Shown here: piece after piece, positions 62,341-64,000 of the stretch
Layout of the letters: every line of letters begins with the position of its first letter
Numbering within the stretch: position 1 is the stretch's first letter
Assembly (NCBI GenBank): GCA_944376295.1
Contig: CALWCE010000003.1
Coordinates: 10,723 to 74,722 of the forward strand
Direction: 5' to 3'
DNA length: 64,000 nt
Source: an uncultured Clostridia bacterium
GTDB lineage: Bacteria > Bacillota > Clostridia > Christensenellales > Borkfalkiaceae
Made by a program: the position numbers and the translations under genes
The notes under the pieces: generated by a model
Seen by the model: the letters and a program-made list of their open reading frames with translations, nothing else
Databases searched by the model: none
Told to the model about the DNA's origin: nothing

Positions 62341-63351
62341 ATGCTGTTTACAAGATCCAAAAAGAAGATCCTCATGATCGCCACGGGCGGCACCATCGCC
62401 TCCAAACCGACGGGCAGCGGGCTCGCGCCCGCGCTTACTTCGGAAGAGCTGTTGGAGTGCGTACCCGAGATCGCAGAATTTTGCTCCGTCCAAACGGTGC
62501 AGCCCTTCAATCTCGACAGTACGGACGTCTACTACCCGCACTGGCTGAAGATCGCCTCGATCGTCGAAGAAAACTACCGCGCCTTCGACGGGTTCGTCGT
62601 CACGCACGGCACCGATACGATGGCATATACCGCGGCGGCGCTTTCTTACCTCGTCGAAGGGAGCAGAAAGCCCGTCGTTCTGACGGGCTCGCAGAAGTCC
62701 GCTTATCTTCGCGATACCGACGCCCGCCGCAATCTCGTCGACGCTTTCCGTTTCTGTACGGACGAGGGGGCGTACGGCGTCCGTATCGTCTTCGACGGCA
62801 GCGTCATCTTAGGCACCCGCGCACGAAAGACGCGGACGCGCAGCTATAACGCCTTTTCGAGCGTCGATTTCCCTTCCGTCGCCGTCATGCGCGACGGGGC
62901 GCCCTTCTATTATCTGCGCGGAGAGAAGCCGCGCGGCATGCCCGCCTTTCTGCACGAACTCAACGAGCGCATCTTCGTGCTCAAAATGACGCCCGGGCTC
63001 GATCCCGCCATTTTTTCCTATCTCGAAGACAGGTGCGACGGGCTCATTTTAGAGACGTTCGGTTCGGGCGGGCTCCCCAATTATAACGAAGACGCCTACT
63101 TCGAAGCCGTGAAACGCTTTGCGGAGAAGGGTAGGCTCGTCGTCATTGCGACGCAGGTGGAGCGGGAGGGGAGCGCGCTCGCTTCCTATGCGGTGGGGCG
63201 GCGGCTCTTAGACTGCGGCAACGTCATCGAGGCGCGCTGTATGACGCTCGAGGCGGCGTATGCCAAGCTCATGGCGGCGCTCGCGGGAGGAAGGCGTGGG
63301 AAGGCGGCGGAACAGTTCTTCCGTACTCCCGTCGAATACGATATTTTTTGA
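62341..63351 (+). CDS. ansA: L-asparaginase, type I
   Basis: Starts MLFTRSKKKILMIATGGTIAS (TGGTIA motif); also HGTDTM. Confidence 0.85.
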   Translation: MLFTRSKKKILMIATGGTIASKPTGSGLAPALTSEELLECVPEIAEFCSVQTVQPFNLDSTDVYYPHWLKIASIVEENYRAFDGFVVTHGTDTMAYTAAALSYLVEGSRKPVVLTGSQKSAYLRDTDARRNLVDAFRFCTDEGAYGVRIVFDGSVILGTRARKTRTRSYNAFSSVDFPSVAVMRDGAPFYYLRGEKPRGMPAFLHELNERIFVLKMTPGLDPAIFSYLEDRCDGLILETFGSGGLPNYNEDAYFEAVKRFAEKGRLVVIATQVEREGSALASYAVGRRLLDCGNVIEARCMTLEAAYAKLMAALAGGRRGKAAEQFFRTPVEYDIF

Positions 63352-63443
63352 GAGTGACATGCGCCCCGCGCCGCTTTGAAAGCCAAGCGGCGCGGGGCGC
63401 GCCCGTTTGAAAAGACGGCGCGGGAAGGCGCAAAGGAGGCAAT

Positions 63444-64000
63444 ATGCAGCACATCATGATCGGCACGCTCACCCTCTACGAGGTGTTTGCCTATTTCTTC
63501 TGTTATTCTTTTCTCGGGTGGGTGACGGAAGTCGCCTTTCACGCCGTCACGCAGGGCAAGTTCGTCAACCGCGGCTTTCTCAATGGTCCCGTCTGCCCCA
63601 TCTACGGCACGGGGATGGTCGCCGTTCTCCTCATCCTGGGGGAGAACATCTCCCGCGCGTGGCTCGTCTTTCTCGTCGGCGTGGGGCTTCCGACGCTCAT
63701 CGAGCTTGTCACGGGCTGGGTGCTCGAACGCTTCTTCCACAACAAGTGGTGGGATTATTCCTCCCGCCGCTTCAACCTCAAGGGGTATATCTGCCTTGAA
63801 TTTTCCATTCTGTGGGGCGTTGCCGTGCTGTTTGCGGTCGAAGTCGTTCATCCCGCCGTCGCGTGGTTTTCAGGGCTGTTCAACGAGCTTTGGGGAACGG
63901 TATTTATCTCCTTCTGCCTTGCTCTCCTCATTGCCGATGTCGTTGTCACCGTGCTGCAAGTGCTCAAACTCAACCGCATCCTCGGCGAGATCGACCGCGC
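63444..64000 (+). CDS. Polytopic membrane protein (putative ABC-transporter type IV / DUF1113-like), 3' end outside the window
   Basis: This ORF is not in the track because it is open-ended. An AAAGGAGG RBS precedes the ATG at 63444. Motifs: CYSFLGWVTEV and NGPVCPIYGTG. Confidence 0.6.
   Translation, partial: MQHIMIGTLTLYEVFAYFFCYSFLGWVTEVAFHAVTQGKFVNRGFLNGPVCPIYGTGMVAVLLILGENISRAWLVFLVGVGLPTLIELVTGWVLERFFHNKWWDYSSRRFNLKGYICLEFSILWGVAVLFAVEVVHPAVAWFSGLFNELWGTVFISFCLALLIADVVVTVLQVLKLNRILGEIDR

Overview
This 64-kb window comes from a moderately GC-rich Firmicutes/Clostridia-type chromosome; the taxon is inferred only from gene content, RBS style and lipoboxes. (1) 1-14.3 kb holds a maltodextrin/glycogen utilisation locus. 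It comprises a divergent LacI-type regulator, a signal-less type I pullulanase, a MalEFG-like ABC importer, a lipoprotein GH13 amylase, an unusually long MsmK/MalK-type ATPase, an alpha-glucan phosphorylase and a 4-alpha-glucanotransferase, followed by a HAD hydrolase. (2) 14.36-51.4 kb is mobile DNA accreted just downstream of tRNA-Arg(CCU). It starts with a 1.18-kb relic of a sibling element (tnpV, a small peptide, an RHH gene and the first codons of xis), then a low-GC islet of gene fragments. The rest is a ~34-kb integrative conjugative element (ICE). The ICE carries regulators and a 3566-aa polyvalent protein (MutS-domain-I-like + N6-MTase + SNF2 helicase + AEP primase). It also carries a reverse-strand cargo islet: an AAA-wHTH-nuclease-like ATPase, a 23-bp phased repeat array and a DinD-like gene. 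Further along are ArdC, an orphan MTase, a MobC-like gene plus relaxase, a coupling protein, and a PIN/AbrB toxin-antitoxin pair. A minimal T4SS (VirB2-, VirB6- and VirB3/4-like) is bracketed by two Cys3His-repeat surface proteins, and the element ends with tnpV-RHH-xis-int. (3) 51.5-64 kb holds housekeeping genes: zinc-ribbon membrane proteins, gdhA, an M20 dipeptidase, radC, a NarL-type two-component system, a GIY-YIG protein, a nucleotidyltransferase and an asparaginase. The most novel-looking items are the 797-aa surface protein whose C-terminus is a VirB2-like pilin module fused to 14 Cys3His repeats, the apparently hydrolase-less minimal T4SS, the polyvalent giant protein, and the ATPase/DinD cargo islet with its exactly phased 23-bp repeat array. 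All family assignments come from motif recognition by eye. No database search was run, and domain boundaries inside large proteins are approximate.
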